Origin: Phoronis australis
Lineage: Eukaryota > Animalia > Phoronida
NCBI GenBank assembly: GCA_002633005.1
Contig: NMRA01000166.1
Coordinates: forward strand, 496,001-560,000
Reading direction: 5' to 3'
DNA: 64,000 bases
Below the pieces are notes generated by a model that did not search any database, had not been told where the DNA came from, and saw nothing but the letters and a program-made list of their open reading frames with translations. Numbering within the stretch: the stretch's first letter is position 1; every line of letters starts with the position of its first letter. Positions 1-13,638 of the stretch are shown one piece after another. Made by a program: the position numbers and the translations under genes.

Positions 1-601
1 AATAAGCGTCCAGTCCATGGACGCGATGTAAATGCGAAAAATACCTTACTTACAGTTCTAAAATTCTACAGTAACGTCTTCAATTTATCAATAATATCCG
101 ACAGTCCTGAAAAAATCATTGTGCGCGGAATTTGTAGGCCACGCCGCTATGTCGGTATTTAGCCGTGACATAACTTCAAACTTCCACCGAGCTTCAAAAA
201 GAACGCAGACGTTTTGCTGATCTTGCCAGGGATGTGTCTTATTATGGTCTGGCCTTTCAGAACAGACACAGCTTACTGTCAAAGGGATTGTATTTTATCT
301 TTCCCGTACAGATCTTCTCCCTCAACAGGAATCCAAATCTCCTTGTATACGCGAAAACCGCGAATCGAAGACTAATAAAAACTTAACCTTTGTTAAAAGC
401 ACGTGGCCAGGAAGCGGGCGCTACATACAAGTACCTGCCATCGAAGATTAGTCTTCGGGAACTATCTATTTATGAAACGGGTAGCATAGCATAGGCAAGA
501 AATAAATACTGGCACTTATTTCCGAAAATTTTAAATACCGTAAAAACATTTGCGTTATTTTTAAGAGGAATTATTAAATTAATCGTAATTGGTGTTTTTA
601 A

Positions 602-1900
602 AGGAGAATGCCACCCGATTTAATTAAGTCTTTTTTATTGTTTTAATCGGTCTATTTCCACATCGCCTATTATACGGTCGACCTCACCTTGCCGAGAGGT
701 GTCGCGTTAACCTGTGAGGAAGGTGAGAAACGACGCAGCGACGTCAGTGGTTCGTCTTCAGAGTGAATGCCGGTATATTGCGGTGCATCGTTCCCCCTTG
801 TCCGAACAATGAAGCCGGGTATATCGTTTTTTCGACTTCGTCGAGAGCCCGAAATGCTTAGGAAGGGGCTCGCGGTAGTGAAGAATGAAAGGTACGCTGT
901 AAATAGCAAGAATAAGGCCTTGAAACATCTCCCTGTCCGTGGCCGGCATTTCGTCGACAGTGATTTCTCTGACGAATTCCGGCTTACCAAAGAACTATAC
1001 TTACGTTCCGTTGCCTGTGCATGATCACGGCGCCTCTCTAGTATTTCTTGGTCAGTGTATTCCGGGTCGAACTGATAGCCTGTGAAACCTAACGGTCCGA
1101 TCCGTGAAGTCTTCGTCGGATGAGCTCTTGACTAAGTCGGGATAAGCGCCGCCGGGGCGAGTTGCCATGTAGACGTTTTTTATCCTGCGTTCTGTTTCAA
1201 AATGAATTATTCTCATCCTAACCAATGCTTATGTGAAAGTGAAACAAAGTCTGTCTCATTAGATACAATTTGTAATGCCTTCGAGTGCTTGTGAGTACAA
1301 ATGTTTTGAGAAGCCAGCAATGAATAAAACACACTTATCAGCTTTTGATGCCGCAACAAAGGTACGTGTATTTGACCAGGCACCGAAGCCGTGTGAGCGC
1401 ATGCTAATTCAGTGTTTGCTGACAGAAAGCTGCTGTGAAACAATTACTCTATTATATATACTATGGTCACGTGTTAGGGGAATCTTTATTTTGAAATACA
1501 AATACAAATACATTTAATGATTATTTAAATCGTTGTTACTGTACAACCTTTGCCCTGACTGTCTGTGGACGGGGAACCCGACTTCGCGGCCCCCGACTTC
1601 GTGGCTAATTCACATAAATAATTACGTGCACATTATTTCTTTGGCTCACTATTATAGTCTTTTCGTGACTGGGGATTTAGTTTCCAACTCAAGCTGGTTT
1701 ATGTTCGTGCCAGTCCCGGCGGCCGCGACGGGCCTGATCGGGTTCCGAGCCACTGGCCGGGATAACAAGCGTTTTGTGTGTTTAGAACTCCCAAGTATAA
1801 ACAACACAGATCTAGGCCCTGCTGTCTCTATTTCACGGAAGACTACTTCGAATTTATCTCCGAACAGAAAACCCCAACTCCTGCTACGTACCTTGGTAAA
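602..1900 (-). mobile_element. Kolobok-like non-autonomous DNA transposon family A, truncated copy 1
   Basis: Starts TTAA|AGGAGAATGCCACCC and is homologous to the copies at 29278, 32841 and 50221. The minus strand carries degraded KolX-like peptides (GYQFDPEYTDQEILERR...; LFTAYLSF...PQYTGIH). The right boundary is approximate. Confidence 0.75.
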
Positions 1901-4900
1901 TTGGTCTAAATGCGCCTTCGTAACAGTGATTAAGTTGGCAATAAACAGAGTGCGTTTTCTATTCAAAAGACCATTGTTGGCTAAAGCATTCTTGGGTTAT
2001 TCTCTGTGGTTCAACGTGTTTATTTTGGATTTCTTATTGCTGACAATGCTATGAGGAACTTTAAGAAGTATCCACCGATATAATTGTGCGCGCTGCTACG
2101 TTAAAGAATTATTAGACTTCATACACGCCACATGTCAGTCACATCACATGACCTAGAGTTAAGTGTGAAAAGATCTCGGTCCAGAGCGTCTGCACGGTCA
2201 AAAGAAAGTCCCGGATTCGAGCCCTTGTTTTCAAACTTAACCCCAGGTAACCTGATGTGACCGACATATATCGTCTAAACTAATAACTCTTAGGTATCCA
2301 TTGAAGGTTTAGTGGACTTGATAGAGAGGAGAGAATATGTCCCTGCTGTGACAGTGGGAAAGTGGAAGCAGAATTACACTTTCTTCTCGAATGTAATTTA
2401 TCAATATTCTGATCTACGTGTGCTGTTCTTACCAAGATACGATAAGGTGGACGAGATAGTGTTCAGAATCTTTTTACAGACTCATGATTTAACTGTCCTG
2501 TGAAAAGTTGCTAGATATTTAATTCATGCGGAGAAACATCGAAATGAATTCCTTGATATGAATTAATTTAGATTTGAAAAATCTTGTACTCTCTATGTAT
2601 TATATATTTGTATTGTGAGTCGGAGGCCTGTTACTTGAAATAAATCTAATAATAGAGAAGTTCAAATTTTTAACGGTAAAATATTACGCACTGCTCGACA
2701 AACTGTTTATCTCGTTGCCCATCATAAACACCATGCTATCATGCTTACGAAACATGCTTACAAAAACGGATGTAGGGAATAGAAACGAACCTATGGCCGC
2801 GCCTTTAAACTCCAACAGTAATTCCTAAACCCCAGTTTCTGATCAACATACACCAAACCTGTGGTACAAATTCTAAAACCCGGGCCCTCAAATTCCACAC
2901 ACCCGCCGACAATGCTCCATGCACGGTGATCTGACTCGGAACCAGCCCGACTAAGGAATTTTGTCCCTGGTACGAACTGGAGTTTGGTCACCGGGTATGA
3001 AGCGTTTTCCACAAACGAGTAGAAAATGCTTCATGTACCCACAGACTATAAAAATAATTACCCAGAAACTAGACGACTCCGTATGCCAAGAATTGTACCA
3101 TAACACTTCGCCTACCTCAAAATCCAACTGCTGCATGGTGGTTGGGCGATTGCCACAATTTTGTTGCACATCCGGCAGAATTAACGAGGAACATAATATG
3201 CCAACATTATACCAGCGTTTTTGGTTGTAAAAGCCACATTTCTTGTCCCATTTTCAAAATTTAAAAACCTAATCACGTGTACTTTTCACGAATTGTTCAA
3301 ATATGTTATTTAAAAAGTTTCAGTACAAAATTTTAAAAATACTATTGTCGCCCACAGTGTGCCAATGATGGATCTGATTATCTAGAGAACGATAACATTG
3401 GCAGCTTGAGATTATGTAATTAACTAAAATAGCATGGCGTCTTTGATCAATGCTGGCAGATGTGAAAGTACGGAAACCGGTGGAGTTGCACAATCTCGGC
3501 TGTGAAGGTGTCAACGTAAGATTCTTTTCATGGATCTATTCTGGTTCTTGCTTGGTCATAGAAAAGACGTCAAATAACTTAACAAGTCTGGTCGTCCAAC
3601 TAAAGACATGCAGATTGGTTGATCCTATGGTCATAACAATTGTCTTTTACTTTTAAGTTCACGTTGATATCCGCTTGGTACCTACAGCACATTTATAGTA
3701 TCACTATCTGCGACTGCGTAACTGCACAGATGCGAGACAATCAAGTGAAGAGACTTTCGAAATAAAATCAATGCAGTCATGGAGGAACTTGGTTGCTCGC
3801 TGGCGGCTGGAACGAACTTGCCTATACCCAATGACCAAACACCAATTCCAGTGACACGATTCCTTAACGCACTTGGTCCTCGAGACTGAACTTTTGTCAT
3901 CGCGTATGGAGCACTTACGGCGCATGGGGGATGGGGAGGGAGGCCTAAAATTGACCTTCTGCCAGTGCATACACGAAAGCGCACACTGCACAAAGTTATT
4001 AAAACTGTGTTTCACCCATTCCGTTGATGTTAAATTCGTAAACGAAGCTCTTTGGGGTTTACAATATCACCACCTTTGCCCGGTTTCGACTTATTGCCGA
4101 ATACGCCGGCAACTCAAGTCACGTGCAATTTCGAACCAGGGGCGAATCCAGGATTTTTTAAAAGGGGAGGGGGACGGATCAATGACTTTTACAAAGGGGG
4201 TTCAATTCAACAATTTGAAAATTCTAGATTTGATATCACTAAAATCAAGGGAAAAGGGGTCCGGACCCCCTTTATCCCGCTGGATCCGCCTATGCGTATA
4301 TCGTCATAGTCGAAGCGTTTCCTTGAGTCTATGATGGTTTAAATGGTCGTATTGGTAACAAAAGGAGAATTCTTCCATGGTAACGAATATTACGAGACCG
4401 ATGTTACGAGCAAAATACCTAATTCGATTTCCATTTTAGCCACCTAAACTGAACGAAATGCAGCTTTAAGACCTCTCTTGTCAGCGCAAAGTCCTACCAG
4501 TAGCTTCTGTCACTCAACACGGTCTGTTCTTTTTCTTGCAGCCTCTCGATAAGAGGACTAAACGGAATCTACCACTCAATGAAGCGGGAGTATTACGTAC
4601 CGCCAAACTGCCTTGTTCCACGGCGGTTTCAAAGTTATGTGGCTGCCACTTTCGATAGAAGAGTCAAACGTGAAGTAGTTGGCACCTGGTGGGCAACCAT
4701 ATATGACGGAATCGGTTACTTCAAAGGTCGCAGCAATGGTTTTAATAAAGTGGACGTGGACTTGTCAACTATTTCACCATAAATGAAGAGAAATGTTAGA
4801 AATCAGATTTCGCTGAATTCCAATAGCTTTCGGCGACACAAATAAATTTAAGTACATGAAAGCCGAGTTTGGGTTAATGTAATGTTTCAGTCTTAACTTT

Positions 4901-6324
4901 TTTACTTTTGAGTTTACTTAAAATGATACTAAACCCTGTGTTGAGGATTTAAATCAATCATCGCTCTGTCACCTGCTGATGTAGCCATTGGTATCAATAT
5001 TGAAATCAGCTAATTGACTCATACTTCCTACGTCACAGAATGGATATTATGGTTCTTAGTGGGTGGTCTTACCCCACAGCTGCCGTGCAATTCGCTATAA
5101 GCGTACTGTAAGTCACGCTTGCCCGTTTAGCAGTCTTTGAAAGGATCGAGTTTTCAAATTTTCCTACAGAGCATTGTTTTGTTTCAGAGAATTCGATGGA
5201 AACGCCAATTTGGGCTTGGTATACTTTTAATGTTATCTTATGTTACAGTATTGTCGAAGAGTACAGTTGGACTGACCTTCTTAATACCAAGTTTACGTCT
5301 CGTCCGTTTCCGAACTTTTGGTGGGAATGTCTCAAATAGTGCAAACCACTAAGCAGAATTTTTCGGAAATCATACGTTCCGGTTATAATTCAGCTCAAAC
5401 ACCTGTGCTGCGTTCTGTAGACGCAAGAATCCCGCGAGTAAGGCTAGCGAGGACATCGTGCTTCGCTTATAATGCAAGGTGATATCACGCGCTCATCCGG
5501 GATCTTGCGTTTTCGCGGAAGATTCTCACGTCAACGTAACAATGCTCTGGCTAGCTTCGTACGAAAAGATTCAAAACATGTCATTTTCTTCACCGCTGAT
5601 TTCAAGATGATGTTTACAAATATGGCATCTGATTTGAGATTGTCAAGGTGTAAAGATCTCACTGCAGAAATTTACTTGATTACCTAAATTTAATTGCCTT
5701 TAATCAACACAATAGAAACACCCGTTGAATATATTGAATCAGATACAGCAAGATACTCTATTGCACTTTAAAATCACAGTGACCTTTCAAAAAACTGGTG
5801 ACACACGTGGTCGATAGGCAATCAAAATTGTTTTTGCTCCTAGCGAAGTTGGCACAAGGGAAGTCACGAGATCGCTTAAAAATCACGTAGCAATGGAAAT
5901 GCGTACCTGGAATGCATTTTTATAATGCGTATGTAACTTGTAATTGCACAAGTCAAAATATTGCTATTTTTGGCATGTTGGCCTTATTTTCATCACTATC
6001 AAATTACGCTTCTGAAAAGCGTTGCTATCGTTTCTCAGTTTACATAGCAAACTATACATGCCCTCCATGACATCTGCTTACGCCTATAAAGAAGACTGGC
6101 GGAGAAATTTGACTAAACCGCTTGTGGCAAAATATTAGGGGAAACAATTTGACCTCAACTATCGAATGCCTACAAAGCGGTTGGGTGGCATTGAGCGGCC
6201 AAATTTACTCAAAATAAATGCATTGTTTCTCACGCCGGGTGGACTCGGGGGAACTATACAGATAGCCTATGATACTATTGATTTTGTGCTTTTTAGTATT
6301 TATCGAATATGCAAACAAGTAAAT

Positions 6325-6420
6325 ATTTATTTATTTATTTATTATTGTGATATTTAAAATGAGGGCGGCCTCTTCAGTGATAGCACTGCTTTCCAAGAGG
6401 GCCCTCAATACAAGATATTA
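6325..6420 (-). mobile_element. 3' end of an L2/CR1-type LINE or partner SINE
   Basis: The minus strand reads GAGGGCCCTCTTGGAAAGCAG...CTGAAGAGGCCGCCCTC (stem-loop) followed by an (AAAT)n tail. Confidence 0.5.
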
Positions 6421-7939
6421 CATCAGCAATAATAAAACACCTAAATATCTGGTGTGTGTAATAATCAAATTCACACCACCGTCATGCACACATACTGCAT
6501 ATGCTACCTAATTAAAACGCCGTTTGTTTCCAAATATTTTGTTTTAATTTTTCGTGAAAGCATGCTTTAGTTTTTCCAAATAGTTGTTAATTCAAGTTTG
6601 AAGACTGCAATAGACCTATCGCAAGCTCGACCCCCTACGAAAAGTCACGTGGGGCAAGACAAACAAACAAGATGTTGGAGGCAAGTACACTCACCTGTCG
6701 CTGAACGACGTTCCTGGTGGAATTGATGAGTGTTTTTCGGACTATCCGACAACGCTTCGACCACGACATCAGGATTTTCATCAGAAAGTCGTACACTCAT
6801 GATATGAGAATTTGTAAAGGCGACGAGGATGAAAAGATAACTGTTTTTGAAATCTGAGCAGCGAACATCGGAAGGACCTCACACGATTCTCCAATACCAG
6901 ACAAATGACAAGGCCACTGATGCGATATGTTCATGTTAAGCTGGGTACGTACCTTAAAATCGTAATTATCTATACGATGTCATAGATTTCTGGATATTTT
7001 GAACAAAATTAGGTCAGTGAAGATTTGCCGTCTACTAAATTCCTCCAAATGAAAAGTAGGTCACAAGATGGGATTCCCTGAGTGAAGTAGGTCAAGTCGA
7101 AAGCACTCAAGCTTTTCTAATCTTGGAGCGAAATATATCGACTAAAAAAACTCAGTTTCAGAGATCGGGTGCACATTTACGTAGTCCTAAACAATCAGTT
7201 AGCTCTGGTAGGTCTAGGGCTGTGCCCAAGTCAAATCAGTGCAATTGATTGTAATTGTTTACCAGAGTGTGATGTCAGTAACTGAAAATAACTATTTACA
7301 TATTGTTCCTAGAAGGCTGAACTCAGTGTGAGAGGTCTCCCCATTAAACAGTTAAACTTGGACATGGTCTCTTAGAAATTGCTAACTGTGTACACTATGC
7401 AATCGAGAAGTCAAAACCAAGAAATTGCTGTATCAAACCAAAATCGAGGATAGTGCCAACCTGCACCTCCCCATGAAATCCACTAAATTCTGACTATAAT
7501 GTCCAATGCTGTTGTTTTTCAACATTCAAAAAATATATTTAGTCAGTACACACGCCATAGCAACTGACATCGTTTCACCACTCCTGTAGCACAATTTCTT
7601 GAACTATAGACTAAAGTAAGTGTTACCCGACAACCTGTTGTTGGTCGGGTAAAGTAGCGGCTTGGGAACGCAGACGAAGTGTGTTAAGAATGGCTGCGTT
7701 CTGATTGGTCAGTTAATCCGTCAGTCAAAATCCTGGTGATTGGTTGAATGATTGGTTGTGCATCAGTGGGAAAACCATTTTCCGTTTCGCCAGACTAATG
7801 GCTGGAGAGTTCATATCTCCTATTGTCCTCGATTAGTCATGAAAACGAGGACTGGGTTACAAGTAGCCGCGAAGTGTCCCAGCGAACTTTGTCCAAGAAG
7901 CCATTCGTGACAAACTCACTTTCGATGATGACTGTAAAG

Positions 7940-8262
7940 GATTACTATGTAGGAGCTACACTCACGTTAGAAAAGCCATAAACATTATTTCGCTAAGAGG
8001 AACAACTAGACAATAACAGGCTCAGTCTAAAGCAGCGACAATAGACAGGGTCAAAATGCCCAAACAACCAGTCCGGCAACAAGCACGCCAACAAAACCAA
8101 CAACAAGAACAGCCACGAACTGAAGACAACAACATCATGCCACTACCAAAACAATGCAGCTTTTGTAGGCAAAAACATGTCTTAGGTAAGAAACATTGCA
8201 CTGCAGCAAGTTTTAAATGTGGAAAATGCCAGAGAGGAGACCGGTACAAGTTAAAGCACTGA
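7940..8262 (+). mobile_element. Gypsy-like gag remnant
   Basis: LTLEK..INII followed by the double zinc knuckle CSFCRQKH...HCTAASFKCGKC. Confidence 0.6.
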
Positions 8263-10186
8263 ACTATTCAATGAACTATATCAACAAGCCGAAGCACACG
8301 GCAACAATCGATATTGCCGCGATGATGCAAATAAGTACATATATACGAGATGTGTAGGTTATACTACTAACATAGAGAATCCTACACTCATCTCAGGTTG
8401 ATAACATGGGCAAAATTTCTTGAAATATTCGTCAAAATCCCGGAGTTTGAGAGAGGGAGTTTGACGAAATTTCCAAAAGGTTTTCCCAGTCATAAAACCC
8501 GAGACGAGATTTTTCTCACATGAACCGTAAAACGATCTTTTTGCCGAAAAACTCAACGTGTCTTAAACTTAACAGTTAGCTTAACTTAACAGTTGTAAAT
8601 TGCATTTAGCTTTCGGAACAAATATTCAAGTTAGAATTTAAAAAATATTCTTTGAAGTTGTAATATTAAAACTTAACACACGTTTATAAATAACACAGTG
8701 AGCAGGGCTTAACCGCGCGTGAGCTCTGATTAGATGTTGACAGAGCCCAGCTAGGCAATCTCACTGCGTGGTTTCTTGAGTTGGGGTTCTTCTCCGTTTG
8801 AATGAACGTGGATATGGAATTTGCAGAAGATGGTCCTTTTAAGAAATTGTTTGCATGTTCTTCCGACTGAGAGCACGTGACGGTACATGATTTTGTATGT
8901 TATATTGAAGCGTGCCGGATTGTTCGCGGTGGAGTTTGAAAATATTAGAAAAATTGCGGTACTGAGCAGTGCTGTAGTGGTAAAATTAGAGGTAACTAGG
9001 CGCCCAGTGCCCACTGTATCACCTTGGGGGCCAACCACACATATAGGAAGGCAAAGGTCTGCGTGCATTCCAAGCATTCTCTGACGGGTGGGGGGAAGCA
9101 CAATTTTCAAGGAAAATAGGCGGTAATTTCCAGAAACCATACGTTGGCGGCGATTTTTAGTCGCCTGTGGGTGTGTCCTCGGGACCTTCGGTATCCGTCC
9201 GCCTGTGGTATGGCAAATTGTCACGTTATCTTAAAATATCATATGAAATCTAAATTTTCATTACTCGGTGAACATATGTTACTTCGTACGCTCCAAAGAC
9301 TAATTACACACAAACACGATGTTACACACAAACACCACTGAGCCCCAAACACTATGTACCCGGTACAATGTACAATGCACTCATATAAAATGCACAAACT
9401 TGAAGTACGATTTTCTTGCAGGCAGCTGTTCTTAGTTAGTCTTAGTTGTTAAAACACCAGGTCAGTGACCACTCCAAAAATAGAGTACTTTATGTAATAG
9501 TTACAGAATCCTCCACAAACGTTTTTGTCATCAGTCTCGTTCTTTTCCAAGTTACCTGATCTGGACTGAGAACTATCAGCAGTTCCGTGTTGTCCAATCA
9601 TCCACGTTTCGGCATCAGGTTGTGGGTCGAACATGGTAAGCGGGGGACTATTGACCTTGCCATTAACAGCGAGCTGGCGGCAGTTTCTAATAGCAAACAA
9701 GAGAGTTCGTCTACTATTATCCGATTCACTTCGCTGAATCCTCGTTCACATTCACTCTACTGCAAGGAAGAGTATTAATGCAGGGGTCCAGTTGTCGCAG
9801 AGCACTTTTTAGGCTGTCTACTCTAACCGTCACCTCAATTCCTCTGATTGCCACTGTGGCAACCAGCCCAATGCATATCGCAACTGACTTCGTGCTCGCC
9901 ATGTTTAGTGATCCAAGATGCCAAGAATAGAGCAAAATGGCTGCTCATCGTTGTTAAGTCAATGCCACTGCATGTTCACAAAACTTTTTGAATAAATTGT
10001 CCAGGACGCACACTGTATGGTCAGCGCGCCGGAATATTCGGCAACAATGCTGTCGTCAGCGAAACAGTGCATCGATACCGTAGAAATCTTAATGGTGTCT
10101 ATAATAATCGATACCATAACCTATCGTACCAAGTCCACTGACGCCCCGGTGTACCGTCACTTTTCTGTGCGTAGGCGCTGCATTAA

Positions 10187-11497
10187 AGGCGAAGGCAACC
10201 CTTTTTCATGTCACTTTTAGCAAAAATAAGGTTCATTGATTATCCCATACACATTTTTCACTTAATTACAGCTTTTCGTAATTTGATTAATTTCTCGTCC
10301 GCTACTCCGGAAGTGACGTTTTGGGAGGCAAGAGTTTCGCGCCAATTCCTTTTCATTATAGTCTGATTGTGAGAGCTGTCGAGTCAGTCACTGTTCTACC
10401 TCGTTTGTGATAAGTTCGGTCGTCGTTTGCTTTTGTTTACAAGTCAGTCAACATGCCACGCTGTTGCTGCGTGCCGGGATGTACTCATTCTCGTCTCACA
10501 CGCGCTTTGGGTACCTTGCGTCGCTTTCCGAAGGATGACACACTTCGCCGTACTTGGCTAGCTCGTTCATGTGAAGAACGTAGCGCTACCCGTCCACGCA
10601 ACGTACAAAGCAATGGAGGGTTACCGAGTGTGTGGCAAGCATTTTCTGCCATCAGATTATGACAGATATGTACGCTGAATTGATGAAGGTCCCTGAGAAA
10701 CAACGCCTGAAGAAGGGTACCATACTGTCGCTGTTGATTCCCGGCAGTGCCCCGTCGCCAACCCCGAGAAGTGCGTTTTTAAAGCGAGAAGCCTCGCGAG
10801 CTGTGGCCACTATATACAGTGACTGGAGGCACTTCATCTACTGTTACCGGGGCTTCCGAACGTACCTCATTGCGTGCAATTCCAGGAACTAGCAGTGATT
10901 CGCACTGTGCTGTTGTCTCTAGCCCAGAGCCTGTAAGCAGCCCTGCAGCGATGTTGAGCAGTGGGAGTGAATACAGGCCCAGTTCGACACCCAGTGAAGA
11001 GGACAGTTCGTCATCCAGTGAACAGATCGGTGAGCCTAAGTTTATTGTGGACTTGTATTGGAGTTATTTGGAAGGTGCCAGGTGTGTGGCACGGGAGTCA
11101 CACGGCGGGATTTAAGCAGTTTGGGTGCTCAGATCACCCTCCAGTGGGAGTGTGTCGCAGGACACTCGGGATAGTTCTTCCTCTGTACGTGAGACGAAAA
11201 TGAGTACACCCCAGTACGCAGCAACAGCGTGGCATGTTTACTGACTCGTAAGCAAAAGCAAACGACGACCGAACTCATCCCAACCGAGGTAGAACAATGA
11301 CTGACTCGACTACTCTCACAGTCTGACTATAAAAAGAAATTGGCGCGAAATTCTTGCCTCCCAAAACGTCACTTCCTCAGTAGACGACGAGTAATTAATT
11401 AAATTACGAAAAGCAGTAAATAAATGAAAAATATGTCTAGGATAATCAACGAACCTTATTTTTTCTAAAAATGACATGAAAAAGGTGGCCTTCGCCT
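10187..11497 (+). mobile_element. Kolobok-like family B element with roughly 300-bp TIRs and a frameshifted THAP-domain remnant
   Basis: TTAA|AGGCGAAGGCAACC ... GGTGGCCTTCGCCT|TTAA, and 10187-10485 mirrors 11200-11497. From 10453 the sequence reads MPRCCCVPGC...FPKD...W, then YRVCGKHF and LKKGTILSL in shifted frames, which is the THAP C2CH signature. Confidence 0.85.
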
Positions 11498-11850
11498 TTA
11501 ATATGTAAAAACGTGGTTGGCGCTGCGTCTACGCCGCATTATAACGTTCGGTACCTTACGGTGCTTAGGCGCTATGTTTAAATGCCAAAAGGTGTTTGAC
11601 TGCGCCCACGTCCCACTACAGCACTGGTGCTGAGAGTGATTAAGTGCAGATTGAGGATAGAGTAATTGTTCACTGATTGGATGTTCTCATATCCGGTAAT
11701 CTGTATAATTTGGTCTGCTGAAATGCTGCGGTCCGCCAACGTTTGAACGGATGTTAAAGCTGAGTGGTTTGTCAACTTTTTGGTCCGGAATTACAATTGC
11801 GATACCCGATTTGTCAATCATGATCATAATCTTGTCGCCTTCACGGAATT

Positions 11851-13053
11851 CCGGTGTAGCATTAAATAACGACCCGTGGAAAAATGACCCCGGGTACTTT
11901 TTCAACATTAAACATGACCCGGGTCCTGTGCATCGTTCGTGATTTTTAGCGTACAAAGATTCTACTCTCACGCATGATGTTCTTGTCTCACGGATCTGAA
12001 GTTATCCCAATCTAGCACCAGGCACTTTTCTCCGTTCTTTTATATCCTCATGCCGTGGAATTATATGCTAGCAAAGAGATCAGCCACGATCTCAAACATT
12101 ATTTCAAACCGTTCCTTTCCCTCCCCGCACTTCCCTTACACCGCGCGCCGCTCAGCCGAGACATTTAAAATTCTTCTCTCACGCACGCTTGACACTCCCA
12201 TGGATTCAAATTCCTCTATCCAGCTGCAGGGCAGCACGACAGTTATCGCTTCTCAGTCACGGACATAATTTTCTTTGCTCGCGAACAGACCAGCCCAGCT
12301 CCCACACATCATATTCATGGCCCACACGCCGTTACTTTCTCTGCTTCATTAATTGCATAATGAAATAGGCCTACTGAAAAGTCAAGGCACATTCCTTTTC
12401 CGCGCTCCACTCAGGCGAGTATAAAATTCTTCACTCACACACTTTATTCCCCTTTCAAACACCCCCCTAGCTGACACCTCCTCGGTGCTCCCTAGGCCTT
12501 GGTCGACAAAGGCTGCTCGAACCCGCCCCACTTGGCGCACCCCAGTAGTTGACACCTCCTTGGCGCCCCCTCCCCCGGTCGAAATTGGCTCTCATTCTTG
12601 TCCCCATCCCTGTTGAAACCTCCTTGGCAGGTGGCTGTATAATTCGGCCCCCAGATTAACACTCGCCACCTTTCCCCCGGTAGTCCCCGGCTTAATATTC
12701 GTCTAATTGCCACTTGACCCCGATCACCACTCGGTGGTTTTATTGGCTTTGAAAGTCAACTCATGCCAGTAGCCCCTCCCCCTCGGAGGTCACCCCCCAG
12801 ACTCCGCGTATCGAACATTGTTGAAAGATCCCCTGCTGCGAGTATCATGTCTTCTTGTCCTAACCCCATCATTGCGGAAGAACCGTTGAATAACAAGGAC
12901 AAGTTTTCACGGACGTGGTGTCATTTTCACCGGGTTGAAAATTCTTCACATTAAATTTGGACCCCGTGAAAAAACTACCCGAGGTCATTTTTTAATAGTG
13001 GAATAATGACTCATGGGTCATTTTTACAGGGTCATTATTTAATGCTACTTCGG
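11851..13053. mobile_element. TIR element with subterminal ATGACCC repeats enclosing unrelated GC-richer sequence
   Basis: CCGGTGTAGCATTAAATAACGACCC ... GGGTCATTATTTAATGCTACTTCGG inverted pair. Confidence 0.6.
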
Positions 13054-13638
13054 CATTGTTTGGTTGTTGGTATTAGTGTTTTGCAGGCTTTAAAATGTAA
13101 AGCGTGTGGATTTCTACTTTGTACTACTTCGTGATTCGCGCGTGTAATATCAAAAAATTACGTACTCGGTGTTTTTAACCAGTCGGTGTCGTAATTCATT
13201 CCAGGTCATGTGAGAAACAGGAATACTACTGCAATATCCTCTCGAATTCATTTCATCTGGGAATGACCCAACGAGACTGAAATTTAGTTCGGACATTCCC
13301 TAATGAAATGAGTTCTCGATAGGATGTGGCAGTAATATAATGTATGTGAGATAAGCTATAATCATTGTTGTAAACGGAGTTAAATACCACGTCATAGCTG
13401 TTGTAAGCGAGTTATACAACATGTCATGGTTGTTGTCCACTCTGTAAGCTTTTATGCAACAAAAAACTTAGAAAATACATATACTATATTTTGACCTCAC
13501 AACTACTTTAGGATTCACAAAGCTAAACACTTACGAAATGTTAAAATTAGTCAGGGTTCATCAGGGCCTTTTTACTCAACGTGAACCCGAAATCCCGAGT
13601 TTTTACTCTATTTTTTAGTTTGAATCAGGGGGTCATCA

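Noticed and set aside
1533-2054. 173-aa ORF with a homologue at 29595-30020
   Set aside because: The similarity comes from shared transposon sequence, the frames differ between copies, and no domain is recognisable.
3320-4130. Several overlapping 60-150 aa ORFs
   Set aside because: No recognisable motifs and no consistent splice structure.
6609-6700. AATAGACCTATCGCAAG possible TIR start
   Set aside because: No matching opposite end was found by eye, so the element cannot be delimited.
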